The notes under the pieces are model-generated. The model was not told the DNA's origin. It did not search any database and was given only the letters and a program-made list of their open reading frames with translations. DNA of 64,000 nt from Candidatus Shapirobacteria bacterium (GTDB lineage: Bacteria; Patescibacteriota; Microgenomatia; UBA12405): positions 381,693-445,692 of the forward strand of contig JALHFY010000001.1 of the NCBI GenBank assembly GCA_022837635.1. The letters run 5' to 3'. How positions within the stretch are numbered: the stretch's first letter is position 1; each line of letters begins with the position of its first letter. Shown here piece after piece: positions 1-9,942 of the stretch. The position numbers and the translations under genes are program-made.

Positions 1-545
1 ATACCGTCAGGATTGGTAAAATGAGTATTTTTCAGACCGTATTTTTTGGTAAGTTCATTCATATAATTAACAAAAGCTTGATAACCTTGAGAATAATGAG
101 AGGCTAGAGTAAAAGCGGCATCATTGGCAGAATAAATTAAGAGTCCGGAAATAAGAGTCTTGACAGTAACTTTGTCACCGGGATGGAGGTTCATAATTTT
201 ACCTTCTTGATAGGATTGAGTCACAGTGACAATTTCATCTAGAGGATAGGTGTTAAGGGCGGTCAAAGCAGTGGCTAATTTAGTGGTAGAGGCCGGATAA
301 ATACGCTGATGTTCATTGGCAGAAATAAGAGTTTTGTTGGTGGCCACATCAACTAAAATATAGGTGTTGGTACTTAGTTGAGGACGAGGAGCTTTGAGAA
401 CAACCGGTTGAGGAGGATGTTCAAAATCGAAAGCAATAGACTTTTGGGAAAATTTATAACTAGAAGGCCAAAGAAAAAGTAAAATAATAACAGCCAAAAA
501 TAAACCTAAATAAAAATGAGGGTTTTTAAGGATTTTGAGAATCAT
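1..545 (-). CDS. D-alanyl-D-alanine carboxypeptidase (peptidase S11, DacA-like), 3' end outside window
   Basis: Not in ORF track. Manual translation from ATG 545: MILKILKNPHFYLGLFLAVIILLFLW...RIYPASTTKLATAL...LLIYSANDAA...THFTNPDG. SxxK and SxN motifs, N-terminal TM; ATGA overlap with aspS stop. Confidence 0.88.
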   Translation of the reverse strand, partial: MILKILKNPHFYLGLFLAVIILLFLWPSSYKFSQKSIAFDFEHPPQPVVLKAPRPQLSTNTYILVDVATNKTLISANEHQRIYPASTTKLATALTALNTYPLDEIVTVTQSYQEGKIMNLHPGDKVTVKTLISGLLIYSANDAAFTLASHYSQGYQAFVNYMNELTKKYGLKNTHFTNPDG

Positions 546-1876
546 TTTTTGGTCTTTTTTTCGATTTTAGGGAGTCTTTTATCGACACGTTCCATATCCC
601 GAGGGAAAAGGGAGGCTTCACGGATATTAGCTAAGTTAAGAATTTGCATAGTAACTCTTTCAGCACCAAAAGCGAAACCACCTAAAGGAGGCATACCGTA
701 ACGGAAAGCCTGAAGATATAAATCTACACTATCAGGATTGATCCCCCATTCTTTAACGTGAGCCATAATAGTATCGTAATCATGAATCCGACGACCACCA
801 GTGAGCCATTCAACTCCTCGACCAATTAAGTCGAAACCTTGATTAAATTCTGGATTGTCATCATCAGGATAAGTATAAAAAGGTCTAAATTTTGTGGGAA
901 AATGGGAGACAAAAACAAGCTCGGAACCATGTTTTTCTTCAGCCCATTTACAAATTTCCCGTTCATCTTCGGGGGCAAGATCCTTTTCTTGACGACAATC
1001 TCGACCAGTGCGTTCGTAAATAATTTGCTGAGCCTCACGAAGTTTCACACTAGGAATTTTGTCAGTATATTTAGGAACAGTGGCATTGAATAATTTAAGC
1101 TCTTCACTACAATTTTCCTGAACTTTTTCTAGTACATATTTGATAGTGTATTCGGTCATATCGCGAACTTCTTCCCAAGAATCAATTAGACCCATTTCAG
1201 CATCCAAGCTAACTACTTCTGTTAAATGACGAGTAGTAACAGAAGGTTCGGCTCGAAAAACTTTGTTAACGGAAAAAACTCTCTCAAAAGCACTAACCAA
1301 AAGGGATTTATAAAGCTGAGGGCTTTGAGATAAATAAGTCTGGTGACCAAAATAATCAACCTTAAAAACTTCAGCACCACCTTCCGGAACCGAAGGAATA
1401 ATGGTGGGAGCCTGAAATTCCATAAAATCCTTAGCCTTAAGGGCCTCCCGAAAACTATTAATGACGGTTTCTTGGACCTTAAAAATGGCCCTAACTTTGG
1501 GATGACGGAAAGAAAGAGTGCGGTAATCCAAAAGAACTGGGAGAGTAACATTCAAATCGGGTTGATGAATATCGAAAGGTAACTCTTGAGATTTGGCTAG
1601 AATCTTAAAATCATTGACAGCTAATTCGATTTTGCCCGTGATAATTTTATTATTAAAATATTTTTCAGAACGTGAATTAATAGTACCGGTAATTTCAACT
1701 ATATATTCTTCCTTGAGTTCGGATAATTTTTCGTTTCCAACAACTTGAATAATACCGCTGCGGTCGCGAATATCAGCAAAAATAAGCTTGCCGTAACTTC
1801 TGATAGAATTTACCCTACCACGAATAGTTACTGACTGATTTAATTGACTAACAGTGTCTTTGATTAAGGTTCTCAT
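542..1876 (-). CDS. aspS: Aspartate-tRNA(Asp/Asn) ligase, short archaeal-type (likely non-discriminating)
   Basis: N-terminal OB fold; PEGGAEVF, YLSQSPQLYK, FRAE..TTRHL, GMPP.GG..FGAER, LFPRD; 444 aa without GAD insertion. Confidence 0.9.
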   Translation of the reverse strand: MRTLIKDTVSQLNQSVTIRGRVNSIRSYGKLIFADIRDRSGIIQVVGNEKLSELKEEYIVEITGTINSRSEKYFNNKIITGKIELAVNDFKILAKSQELPFDIHQPDLNVTLPVLLDYRTLSFRHPKVRAIFKVQETVINSFREALKAKDFMEFQAPTIIPSVPEGGAEVFKVDYFGHQTYLSQSPQLYKSLLVSAFERVFSVNKVFRAEPSVTTRHLTEVVSLDAEMGLIDSWEEVRDMTEYTIKYVLEKVQENCSEELKLFNATVPKYTDKIPSVKLREAQQIIYERTGRDCRQEKDLAPEDEREICKWAEEKHGSELVFVSHFPTKFRPFYTYPDDDNPEFNQGFDLIGRGVEWLTGGRRIHDYDTIMAHVKEWGINPDSVDLYLQAFRYGMPPLGGFAFGAERVTMQILNLANIREASLFPRDMERVDKRLPKIEKKTKK

Positions 1877-1885
1877 GGTACTATT

Positions 1886-3475
1886 TTACTTCAAAATAGT
1901 CTGAATAATAAGCTGGGGAAAAGAACGGCCTTGCCATTCATTGATATCCAATCGGGCTACAAAATCAATTGAGTCCCCTGCTTTAAGATCGGAAAAATTG
2001 GCGGCTTGTTGGAAAAAAATAGCATCCAAAGCATCAATTTTTAGCTTGAGATGATCATTGTTTTTGCCTATAGTACGGATATTATCGATGTGACAATTTT
2101 TAAATAAAAATTGAGGTTGAGGATTACCAATACCAAAGGGGGCCAGATTATTGATTAGTTTGATATTTTTCAAATTGACCGCATTTAAGTCCATTTTGGC
2201 ATCAACGGCAATGGTTTTTTGAGGTAAATAATCTTTAAGATAAGTAGATAAATAGTTAAGTAGTTTCTTTTTTAAGAGAGGGATATTTTTAGGCAGAATA
2301 GAAAAACCGGCAGCACCGGGGTGACCGCCCAAATCAACAAATAACTTTGAAAAGCGGCGGAGAGTTTGGATAATATTTAACTCTGGAATAGAGCGACAAG
2401 AACCTTTAGCAACCTCATTTTGAGTCGAAATGATAATTGAAGGCAGAGAATATTTATCAGTCAGACGGCCACTAATCAGACCAATAACACCGGGATTAAA
2501 ATCACCACTGATGAAAATAAGTTTTTGCGTCAAGTCAATATTTTTGTCGGCGATATCCAAAGATTCCCGTTGGAGTTGTTGACGAGTCTGATTGTGTGCC
2601 TCCAAAATTTTGGCATATTTGTTGGCCTGTAAATGATTTTGACTACATAAAAGTCTGAGAGAATCGGTGGCGTTAGCCAGGCGACCAGTGGCGTTAAGGC
2701 GAGGACCAATGATAAAACCTAACTCGTAAACACCAACATTTTCTGCCTTGATAGAAGCTAAATTCAGAATTTTTTTAAGGCCAGGAGAGGGGTTAACTTT
2801 GAGCTCATGAAGTCCGTGAACTACCAAAGAACGATTCACATCAACTAAGGGTTGACAGTCGGCAACAACCCCTAAAGCGGCTAATGCTAGAGAGGGGTGA
2901 GGAGTAAATTCTCGGCAAAAAAACCAGGAAAGAGCAGCGGCACAGGTTTGGGTGGAATGATAAATAAAATTGGCGTGAGGGAGTTTGCCGTCGGCTAAAT
3001 GATGATCGATGACAATAATTTTTAGTTTGGGAAATTTAGCCTTAACTTTAGCAAATTCTTTGTCGGCGACAATACCATTGTCGACAGTGATTAATAAATC
3101 AAAATTAGTTTTTTTTGTTTTTTGAAGATTAAAAAAAGTCTGGGCTCTAAAACCATAACCATCAATTTCTCGATGAGGAATAAAGGGGAAAACTTTAGAG
3201 GAAAGAGGATATAAGGTCTGCCAGAGAAGAGCGGTGGAAGTCAAACCGTCAACGTCGTAATCACCATAAATTAAGATATTTTTTTTCTCTTTAAGATATT
3301 TTTTAACCAAATCAATTAATTTTTTGGAAGGTGGTTTGAACTCAGGAAAAGGAGGTTTAAGAAAAGTTTGAGGGTCATCAATATGACGGTTTTTTAAAAG
3401 CAGTTTGATAATAGATTTTGATGAAGTCTTCCGAGTAATCAGACTGTGGTTGAGGATAGATATCCGGACTTGCAT
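1886..3475 (-). CDS. recJ: ssDNA-specific exonuclease RecJ
   Basis: YGDYDVDG, TVDNG, IDHH, GPRLNA.GR, GSCRS, GGH..AAG, PFGIGNP. Start moved to ATG 3475, which has TACAAT 6 nt upstream. Confidence 0.93.
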   Translation of the reverse strand: MQVRISILNHSLITRKTSSKSIIKLLLKNRHIDDPQTFLKPPFPEFKPPSKKLIDLVKKYLKEKKNILIYGDYDVDGLTSTALLWQTLYPLSSKVFPFIPHREIDGYGFRAQTFFNLQKTKKTNFDLLITVDNGIVADKEFAKVKAKFPKLKIIVIDHHLADGKLPHANFIYHSTQTCAAALSWFFCREFTPHPSLALAALGVVADCQPLVDVNRSLVVHGLHELKVNPSPGLKKILNLASIKAENVGVYELGFIIGPRLNATGRLANATDSLRLLCSQNHLQANKYAKILEAHNQTRQQLQRESLDIADKNIDLTQKLIFISGDFNPGVIGLISGRLTDKYSLPSIIISTQNEVAKGSCRSIPELNIIQTLRRFSKLFVDLGGHPGAAGFSILPKNIPLLKKKLLNYLSTYLKDYLPQKTIAVDAKMDLNAVNLKNIKLINNLAPFGIGNPQPQFLFKNCHIDNIRTIGKNNDHLKLKIDALDAIFFQQAANFSDLKAGDSIDFVARLDINEWQGRSFPQLIIQTILK

Positions 3476-3487
3476 AAGCCTATTGTA

Positions 3488-3496
3488 TGCTATAAT
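3488..3496 (+). promoter_or_regulatory. Extended -10 promoter (TGcTATAAT) for the RRM gene, abutting the divergent recJ -10
   Basis: TGCTATAAT at 3488-3496; minus-strand TACAAT at 3482-3487. Confidence 0.6.
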
Positions 3497-3570
3497 TTGG
3501 AGATCAGAAAGCATTACCTAGTCTCTGATCAGTTATTATTCAGGTTCTGAATCGAAAAGATTCAAAAAAA

Positions 3571-3837
3571 ATGGCAAAAAAGCTCTTCGTAGGAAATCTT
3601 TCCTACAACATGACAGACGAGCAACTCAAGGCGGTCTTTGCACCCTTTGGAAATATCGTCTCCGCTAATATAGTTTTCGACAAATTCTCTCACCGGAGCA
3701 AAGGTTTCGGATTTGTGGAATTTGAAACCGAGGATCAAGCCAAAGCAGCTATGGAAGCTCTTGATGGTACTGAGCAAGAAGGCAGAAATATTGCTGTCAA
3801 AGAAGCTCTACCTCGTCCCGAAAAACCCCAAATGTAA
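3571..3837 (+). CDS. RRM-domain RNA-binding protein
   Basis: RNP2 LFVGNL and RNP1 KGFGFVEF. Confidence 0.95.
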   Translation: MAKKLFVGNLSYNMTDEQLKAVFAPFGNIVSANIVFDKFSHRSKGFGFVEFETEDQAKAAMEALDGTEQEGRNIAVKEALPRPEKPQM

Positions 3838-3861
3838 TTTAAGTTATTTTTGGAATATATT

Positions 3862-3887
3862 AAAACCCCCGCCACGGCGGGGGTTTT
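3862..3887 (+). terminator. Intrinsic terminator after RRM gene
   Basis: AAAACCCCCGCC-AC-GGCGGGGGTTTT hairpin with T tract. Confidence 0.8.
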
Positions 3888-3927
3888 CGGTGGAAATAAA
3901 AAAGTTACTTTTAAGGTAAAATTGGAT

Positions 3928-5256
3928 ATGAGGAAAAGAGAATTTCCGATTGAGGTGAGAAAAATAATGGAAAAAGTTTCCCAAAATAATGGGGAAATCT
4001 TTATTGTGGGAGGAGCGGTCAGAGATTGGCTTTTGAAAAGGGAAGTTAAAGATTGGGATTTTGCCACTAATTTAACTCCGGAAGAAATCAGAAAAATTTT
4101 TCCTAAAAACTCTTTTTATGAAAACGAGTTTGGAACAGTCAGTGTGGTCGGAGCCAAAAAAGATATTTATGAAATTACGACTTATCGCAGTGAAACAGAT
4201 TACGGCGATTTTCGCCATCCCCAAAAGGTAGTTTGGGGAAAAACGATTGAGGAAGACGTGAAAAGAAGAGATTTTACTATCAATGCCATGGCTATGGATA
4301 TTGACGGTCAAGTTTTAGATTTTCATCAAGGACAAGAGGACTTAAAAAACCAGTTAATAAAAACAGTTGGTAAGGCAGAAGAAAGATTTGAAGAAGATGC
4401 TCTGCGGATGATGAGGGCGATTAGAATTGCGTCTCAAATTGGTTTTTTAATTGAGGAAAAAACCTTTGAGGCGATTCAAAAAAAAGCACCCTTAATTAAC
4501 AAAATTGCCGGAGAAAGGATTCGTGACGAATTGTTCAAAATACTCTTGTCTAAAAAACCAGGAGATGGCATGAGACTGTTAAAAAACTCCGGATTATTGG
4601 CTCAAATTATGCCTGAACTTTTACCGGGGGTGGGGATGGCCCAAAAAGGTCATCATGTCTATGATGTTTGGGATCATGAGATTGAGGCCTTAAATAATTG
4701 TCAGAGCAAAAACCCGGTAACCAGGTTGGCGGTGTTATTGCATGATGTGGGTAAACCAAAAAGTTTGAAAATGATTAATGGCGAGAGAACTTTTCATAAC
4801 CATGAAGTAATAGGTTCCAGAATAGCGGTAAACATAGGTAAGAGACTAAAACTGTCAAAAAAAGAATTGGAACAATTGTTTATTTTGGTGCGATGGCATA
4901 TGTTTACCACCGAGGAAATGCAAACAGATAAAGCCATTCGTCGTTTTATTAGAAATGTCACTCCGGAATACTTGGAAGAAATGATAGCCCTGCGTAGAAG
5001 TGACAGATTGGGTAGTGGGGCCAAAGAAAGCAGTTGGCGTTGGGAATTGTTTAAGAAAAGATTAGTAGAAGTACAAAAACAACCTTTTACAGTTAAAGAT
5101 CTAAAAGTAGACGGCAATGATGTGATGACGATTTTGAAAATCAAACCAAGCCGACAAGTGGGAGAAATCTTGGATAAATTATTTGCCGAAGTTGAAGAAA
5201 ATCCGAAATTAAATAAAAGAGAATTGTTGCTGGAAAAAATAAAGGCGATGGGTTAG
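3928..5256 (+). CDS. cca: CCA tRNA nucleotidyltransferase with HD domain
   Basis: VGGAVRD..DWDFAT, RRDFTINAMA, EDALRMMRA, ERIRDEL, LLHDVGK. Start moved to ATG 3928 (TAAAAT 5 nt upstream). Confidence 0.92.
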   Translation: MRKREFPIEVRKIMEKVSQNNGEIFIVGGAVRDWLLKREVKDWDFATNLTPEEIRKIFPKNSFYENEFGTVSVVGAKKDIYEITTYRSETDYGDFRHPQKVVWGKTIEEDVKRRDFTINAMAMDIDGQVLDFHQGQEDLKNQLIKTVGKAEERFEEDALRMMRAIRIASQIGFLIEEKTFEAIQKKAPLINKIAGERIRDELFKILLSKKPGDGMRLLKNSGLLAQIMPELLPGVGMAQKGHHVYDVWDHEIEALNNCQSKNPVTRLAVLLHDVGKPKSLKMINGERTFHNHEVIGSRIAVNIGKRLKLSKKELEQLFILVRWHMFTTEEMQTDKAIRRFIRNVTPEYLEEMIALRRSDRLGSGAKESSWRWELFKKRLVEVQKQPFTVKDLKVDGNDVMTILKIKPSRQVGEILDKLFAEVEENPKLNKRELLLEKIKAMG

Positions 5257-5573
5257 GTATTATTTTTCCAACGGTCTTTATCGCGACCATAACACTTGTC
5301 CATAACTCGATCAAAATGTTTGTCTAAGTCAATATCCAAAGCATTAGCTAGACAGACTACAGTAAAAATAATGTCGGCCATTTCATCACCAAGATTATGG
5401 GGTTCTTCGGTGACTTTTTTCTTTTTGGGACCATATCGATGATTAATTTCTCGAGCCAATTCACCATTTTCTTCGGTCAGTCGAGCTAACATCTCTAAAG
5501 GTTGCCAATAGTTGATTTTATATTGACGAAACCATTCATCCACACGTTTTTGAATATTTTTCATAGAATTCAT
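5253..5573 (-). CDS. MazG-like nucleotide pyrophosphohydrolase (YpjD-like)
   Basis: ARLTEE.GELAREINH.YG.KKKK, DEMADIIF, RDKDRW. Confidence 0.88.
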   Translation of the reverse strand: MNSMKNIQKRVDEWFRQYKINYWQPLEMLARLTEENGELAREINHRYGPKKKKVTEEPHNLGDEMADIIFTVVCLANALDIDLDKHFDRVMDKCYGRDKDRWKNNT

Positions 5574-5580
5574 AAAAAAT

Positions 5581-5814
5581 TTAACTTATTTTATTACGAA
5601 TTTGATAATTTTCATCAATAACTTGCTGTTGGGTTAGATAGGAACCATCTTTGAAACGCATTTGTTTTTTGGATCTTGCTGACTGTTTCTTTTTAATTTC
5701 TGCTGATTTAACAGCGGCTCGGATGCCCTCTCGAACCGGTAAGACTATACCATCTTTTACAATTTGATTGTTCTCATTAACAGTAAAATTACTAAGATTT
5801 AGCTTTTCATTCAT
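5581..5814 (-). CDS. Hypothetical protein
   Basis: 77-aa ORF with ATGA overlap on secF stop. Confidence 0.55.
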   Translation of the reverse strand: MNEKLNLSNFTVNENNQIVKDGIVLPVREGIRAAVKSAEIKKKQSARSKKQMRFKDGSYLTQQQVIDENYQIRNKIS

Positions 5815-6668
5815 GATTTCTTTTTTTTACTTAATAACATCAAAGGAATGGCAACGCCGACTGAGGAATAGGTGCCGGAAATAACTCCAATGAGAAGTGC
5901 GGTGGCAAACCAGCGAGTACTGGAGGCTCCCAGAACGACTAAAGCACACAACATAAAGATAATGGTCATAGAATTATTGATGGAACGGACCAAGACTTCA
6001 GAGACGGCACGATTGGCCAGTTCCACCCAGTCAAGACGTTGTTGATGAAGTTTGAGTTCACGAATACGGTCAAAGGTAACCACAGTGTCATGAGTGGAAG
6101 AGGATAAAGTGGTCAACAAAGCGGTGACAAAGAGAGCGTCAATCTCAGCCCCAAAAAAGTGACCTAAAAGCGAAAAAGAACCAACTAATATGATGGTGTC
6201 ATGGAGCATGGCCAAGACGGCGGAAAGACCAAAACTCATATCTTTGAAGCGAGTGCCGATAAAAATTAATAAGGCAGCAGCTGACAAAATTAGGGCATAG
6301 AGGGTTTTTTTGAGAAGTTCACGACCTAAAAGTGGTCCTAGGGTTTCAAATTGAAGTTCAGAAAAGTCCGGGTCCAGTTGCTTAAAAGATTGGGTAAGTT
6401 CGGCTTTTTGTTCGGTGGTAATATTTTCAAATTTAAGATGATATTTAGGTGGAGTTGAGATGATACTGGTTAAAGATAAATTGTGATCATCAAAAATTTT
6501 TTCAATTTGAGAATCTGAGGGGTTTGAAGGTAAGGAAATTTGCCAAGAGGAACCACCGGAAAAATCAATGGAATACTTAAACCTCCAAAGAGAAATGGAA
6601 ACAATTGAAGCAATGATTAAACTGAGAGAAATAAAGGCAAAGAGAGGACGAAATTTCATGATATTCAT
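5811..6668 (-). CDS. secF: Protein translocase subunit SecF
   Basis: SIDFSGGS, ETLGP.LG.EL, HDT, DTVVTFDRIRE, GTYSS. Confidence 0.95.
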   Translation of the reverse strand: MNIMKFRPLFAFISLSLIIASIVSISLWRFKYSIDFSGGSSWQISLPSNPSDSQIEKIFDDHNLSLTSIISTPPKYHLKFENITTEQKAELTQSFKQLDPDFSELQFETLGPLLGRELLKKTLYALILSAAALLIFIGTRFKDMSFGLSAVLAMLHDTIILVGSFSLLGHFFGAEIDALFVTALLTTLSSSTHDTVVTFDRIRELKLHQQRLDWVELANRAVSEVLVRSINNSMTIIFMLCALVVLGASSTRWFATALLIGVISGTYSSVGVAIPLMLLSKKKKS

Positions 6669-7960
6669 TTTCTTTTATGAGCTAAAACACGTAACAGATT
6701 GCGGGTGACAAAGACACCAGTAAAAATACCTAAAAAGACACCGATAAGTAGAGTGACGGCAAAGCCACGAACCATACCGGAACTGTTTAGAAAGGACCAA
6801 TTAAAGGGATTAAATAAAATTAAAGCAGTGATAATAGTACAAATATTGGCATCTTTAATAGAATTCCAAGCGCGATCAAAACTTAATTCCATAGCATTGT
6901 CCCAGGATTTACCGACACGGATTTCTTCTTTCATTCTTTCAAAAATTAAAATATTACTGTCAACTGCCATACCTATGGATAAAATAAAGCCAACAATACC
7001 GGGAAAAGTCAAGGTAACATGGAAAAGTCGATAAAGAGTTAAAGTAAAAAGACTGTAAATAATCAAACTGATAACGGAGATAACGCCTAAAAATCCGTAG
7101 TTGCCAATCATAAAGAGGGCGACTAGACCCAAGCCAACCAGGCCAGCCCGAACTCCTTTTTGAATAGTATCCTGTCCCAAGGTAGCACCAATATGTTGCT
7201 CCTGAATCTTTTTAATAGGTAAACGCAGGGCACCAGCATTGAGTTGAGCGGCAAAGGTCTTGGCAGTTTTAATATCGAAATTACCATTGATAACGGCCAT
7301 ACCATCGGGAATAACTGCTTCTACCCTAGGAGCCGAAATTAAATTGTCGTCAAGAAAAATAGCAATGGGTTGATTGAGAAAATCAGTAGTAGCTTTTTCA
7401 AATAATTTGGCCCCTTCGGGATTAAATTCGAGAGCTACTTCCATAACACCAGTATTGCGATTGGGTTGAGGAGTGGCTTTGACCAAATGAGAACCATTGA
7501 GACCGGTGTCAACCAAATAATCATCAATAACAGCACTATCAGAAGCTTCTTTGGGTAAATCCTTAAGTCCAAAAAATTTTAATTGAGCAGTTTGACCGAT
7601 AAGATTGACAGCATCATTAACATTGGTTAAGCCAGGTAATTCAATATGGAGGCGGTGTTGACTATCTTGTTTTGATAATTGAACATTAGCTTCAGAAACC
7701 CCAAAAAGATTGACTCGGCGCTCAATATTGCTTTTTAGAGATTCCAAAGCTTGAGGTAAATCTTCGTTTTTGGTCTGCGAAGTATCGATATCATAAAGTA
7801 AAGAAACTCCTCCAGCCAAATCCAAACCATAGCGTAACTCCAAATTTTTTGAGGATAAAAAAGAGGGTCGATGCTGTGGAGGTAAATTAACAAGAAGGCT
7901 TAAAAGAGTTAATCCTAAAATAATCCAAAAAGTGGTTAAAACCCGCTTATTTATCACCAT
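6665..7960 (-). CDS. secD: Protein translocase subunit SecD
   Basis: GLDLAGG, RRVNLFGVSE, LNAGAL, IGMAVDSNILIFERMKEE. Start taken at ATG 7960. Confidence 0.95.
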   Translation of the reverse strand: MVINKRVLTTFWIILGLTLLSLLVNLPPQHRPSFLSSKNLELRYGLDLAGGVSLLYDIDTSQTKNEDLPQALESLKSNIERRVNLFGVSEANVQLSKQDSQHRLHIELPGLTNVNDAVNLIGQTAQLKFFGLKDLPKEASDSAVIDDYLVDTGLNGSHLVKATPQPNRNTGVMEVALEFNPEGAKLFEKATTDFLNQPIAIFLDDNLISAPRVEAVIPDGMAVINGNFDIKTAKTFAAQLNAGALRLPIKKIQEQHIGATLGQDTIQKGVRAGLVGLGLVALFMIGNYGFLGVISVISLIIYSLFTLTLYRLFHVTLTFPGIVGFILSIGMAVDSNILIFERMKEEIRVGKSWDNAMELSFDRAWNSIKDANICTIITALILFNPFNWSFLNSSGMVRGFAVTLLIGVFLGIFTGVFVTRNLLRVLAHKRK

Positions 7961-8138
7961 AACCGAGAGAAAGTTGACGGGCGTGACCGGTAAAAGTATA
8001 AGTGATGGAGGCCTGACTGCTTTTAATTTTGTATTGGGCAATATCCCCTTCTTTGATACCAAAATTTTTGATAACTTTTTTAGGTAAGGTTAGGGCCAGA
8101 CTATTGCCAGTTTTGATAACTTTTCTGACTTTGTTCAT
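7947..8138 (-). CDS. AbrB/MazE/SpoVT-family DNA-binding protein
   Basis: RKVIKTGNSLALTLPK..IKNFGIKEGD swapped-hairpin signature. Confidence 0.8.
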   Translation of the reverse strand: MNKVRKVIKTGNSLALTLPKKVIKNFGIKEGDIAQYKIKSSQASITYTFTGHARQLSLGYGDK

Positions 8139-8141
8139 GGA

Positions 8142-8711
8142 TTAATTATCAAAAAGTACAGGATTACCTATTATAACAAGAGGGGCGGCCAGGAAAAAAT
8201 CAACAATAAAAGGATCACGCTTGCTTTGACGCATTTTTAATTCAGCTTGGTCCATAATCATATAATTAATTTCTGTACCGCGTCGTTTTTCCTCAGCAGA
8301 AACGGCAGCTTCAACCTCCCTGAGAGGCAAATTACCAATAACAATTAAATCAATAGCATCAGGTTTTTTTTGTTGCCAAAGAAGAAAAGAAACACTGGCT
8401 AAAACTGCTTTGGATTTACTTAATTTAATAGCTAAATCAGAATTTCGATAAGACATTAAAAGGAGACTATTAAATAGATGATGTTTGGGATTAACCCGAT
8501 AGTACAGCCGATTGCTTCGAGGCTCTGAAAGTAAAATATTATGTTTTTTTAAGTTGGCTAGTTCTCGACGAACTGAATTAATTTCCTCATCAACAATTCT
8601 AACTAATTGACGAACATAAAAAATGTCCTGAACATGGGTAAAAAAAACCGAAAGTAGTTTGGCTCTGGTTTTTGAGGTTAATAGAGCATTAAGAGAACTT
8701 TCAACCTTCAT
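8142..8711 (-). CDS. Winged-helix protein with degenerate nucleotidyltransferase-like C-terminal domain
   Basis: SKTRAKLL..FF..FYVRQL.R...INSVRRELANL...RLYYRVN; C-terminal IDLIVIG / EINY. Confidence 0.65.
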   Translation of the reverse strand: MKVESSLNALLTSKTRAKLLSVFFTHVQDIFYVRQLVRIVDEEINSVRRELANLKKHNILLSEPRSNRLYYRVNPKHHLFNSLLLMSYRNSDLAIKLSKSKAVLASVSFLLWQQKKPDAIDLIVIGNLPLREVEAAVSAEEKRRGTEINYMIMDQAELKMRQSKRDPFIVDFFLAAPLVIIGNPVLFDN

Positions 8712-9936
8712 AATTAATTTGGTTACCGATAGGTAAAATCTCTACCCAAACACGTCCGGGAACCAGATTGAGTTCTTTGCCAGTAGCTTTATCCTTAAAG
8801 ATGGTTCGGGATTGTCGAGTAGATTTACTCCAAGTAATTTCTTGTTTTTGGCCGTTGCCAAAATAGAGACCGGTACCGGAACCGATGACATCATATAAGT
8901 TGTGCTTATGCTCATCAACAGAACGACTTTCTTTGGTAAATTGGATAATAATATTTTTGGCGGTCAAAGGTTGTTGATCATTAAAATCAATGGCTTTTTG
9001 GCCACCGTTGCTGCGCTCATAAGTATTGGTCGCAGAATTGTAATTCCATTTAACTGCATAGGCATTATCACCCCAAAAAGAAAAAGCAATGGTGGAAGGA
9101 CTGGAAGCTAAAGATTTATCTTCAGCGGTAAAAGACCAGCTTTTGAAATTTTTATCCCAAGAGTTCTTGTTGGCGACAGTCATATTGGTCAAACCGCGAT
9201 TTTCCGCGACATTCCAAAGTTCTTTAGTGGAACAATACATGGTGTGTTCGGTGGCGCGGGTTTCACCGACACGGTCAGGTTCGCGACGACAGGCTTTATA
9301 AGAGAGGGAAAATTGGGATAAATCACCCCAGGTACCTTTATTAGTCCAACCATAACGGGTAATTTGTTCAATTGCTTGAGCTTTAACATTGGTAGTACAG
9401 GGACCACCGGGAGTGGCGGCAGAACAGTTAGCGCCACCGACATGAGCATAAAGAGGATAATCACCATATTCAGAGGCTAAATCAAGAAAATAGGTTCGAG
9501 CAGAGCGGACTGGACCAACATCATACTTCTGACTAGCACCTTTGACGGCATTACAATAAAAAACACCCATAAAACGGGTAATACCGCCTTCAGCTACCGC
9601 TTCATAAACAATATCAGCATTGTTGAGACCAGATTGTGGCCGAGAATCGGCATGATTTTCAATCATCACCAAAAGAGGTCGACGAAGAGACCAAGCATCT
9701 TTTTCTTCTTTAGTAAATTTTTCCCCATTAATAGGACAAACTTCTGTTTTGGGACCGGTAAAAATTAAAGAGCCGGTTTGAACCGGTTGACTAGAAATTT
9801 GTTGGCTATTGTCTACTAGGTTATTTGGAGAGGCGGATTTAACCGGCAGAAAAGTATTAAACAACCAATAGGCAGCAAAAGTGCCTAAAATTAAAGTGAC
9901 GGAATAAAGAAGGGTATTAACAGTTTTAGAGTTCAT
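8701..9936 (-). CDS. DUF3048 domain membrane-anchored protein
   Basis: RRPLLVMIENH..SRPQSGL..ADIVYE..AEGGITRF, GPVRSAR, G.W.K, L.PG..WVE; N-terminal TM. Confidence 0.85.
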   Translation of the reverse strand: MNSKTVNTLLYSVTLILGTFAAYWLFNTFLPVKSASPNNLVDNSQQISSQPVQTGSLIFTGPKTEVCPINGEKFTKEEKDAWSLRRPLLVMIENHADSRPQSGLNNADIVYEAVAEGGITRFMGVFYCNAVKGASQKYDVGPVRSARTYFLDLASEYGDYPLYAHVGGANCSAATPGGPCTTNVKAQAIEQITRYGWTNKGTWGDLSQFSLSYKACRREPDRVGETRATEHTMYCSTKELWNVAENRGLTNMTVANKNSWDKNFKSWSFTAEDKSLASSPSTIAFSFWGDNAYAVKWNYNSATNTYERSNGGQKAIDFNDQQPLTAKNIIIQFTKESRSVDEHKHNLYDVIGSGTGLYFGNGQKQEITWSKSTRQSRTIFKDKATGKELNLVPGRVWVEILPIGNQINYEG

Positions 9937-9942
9937 AAAAAA

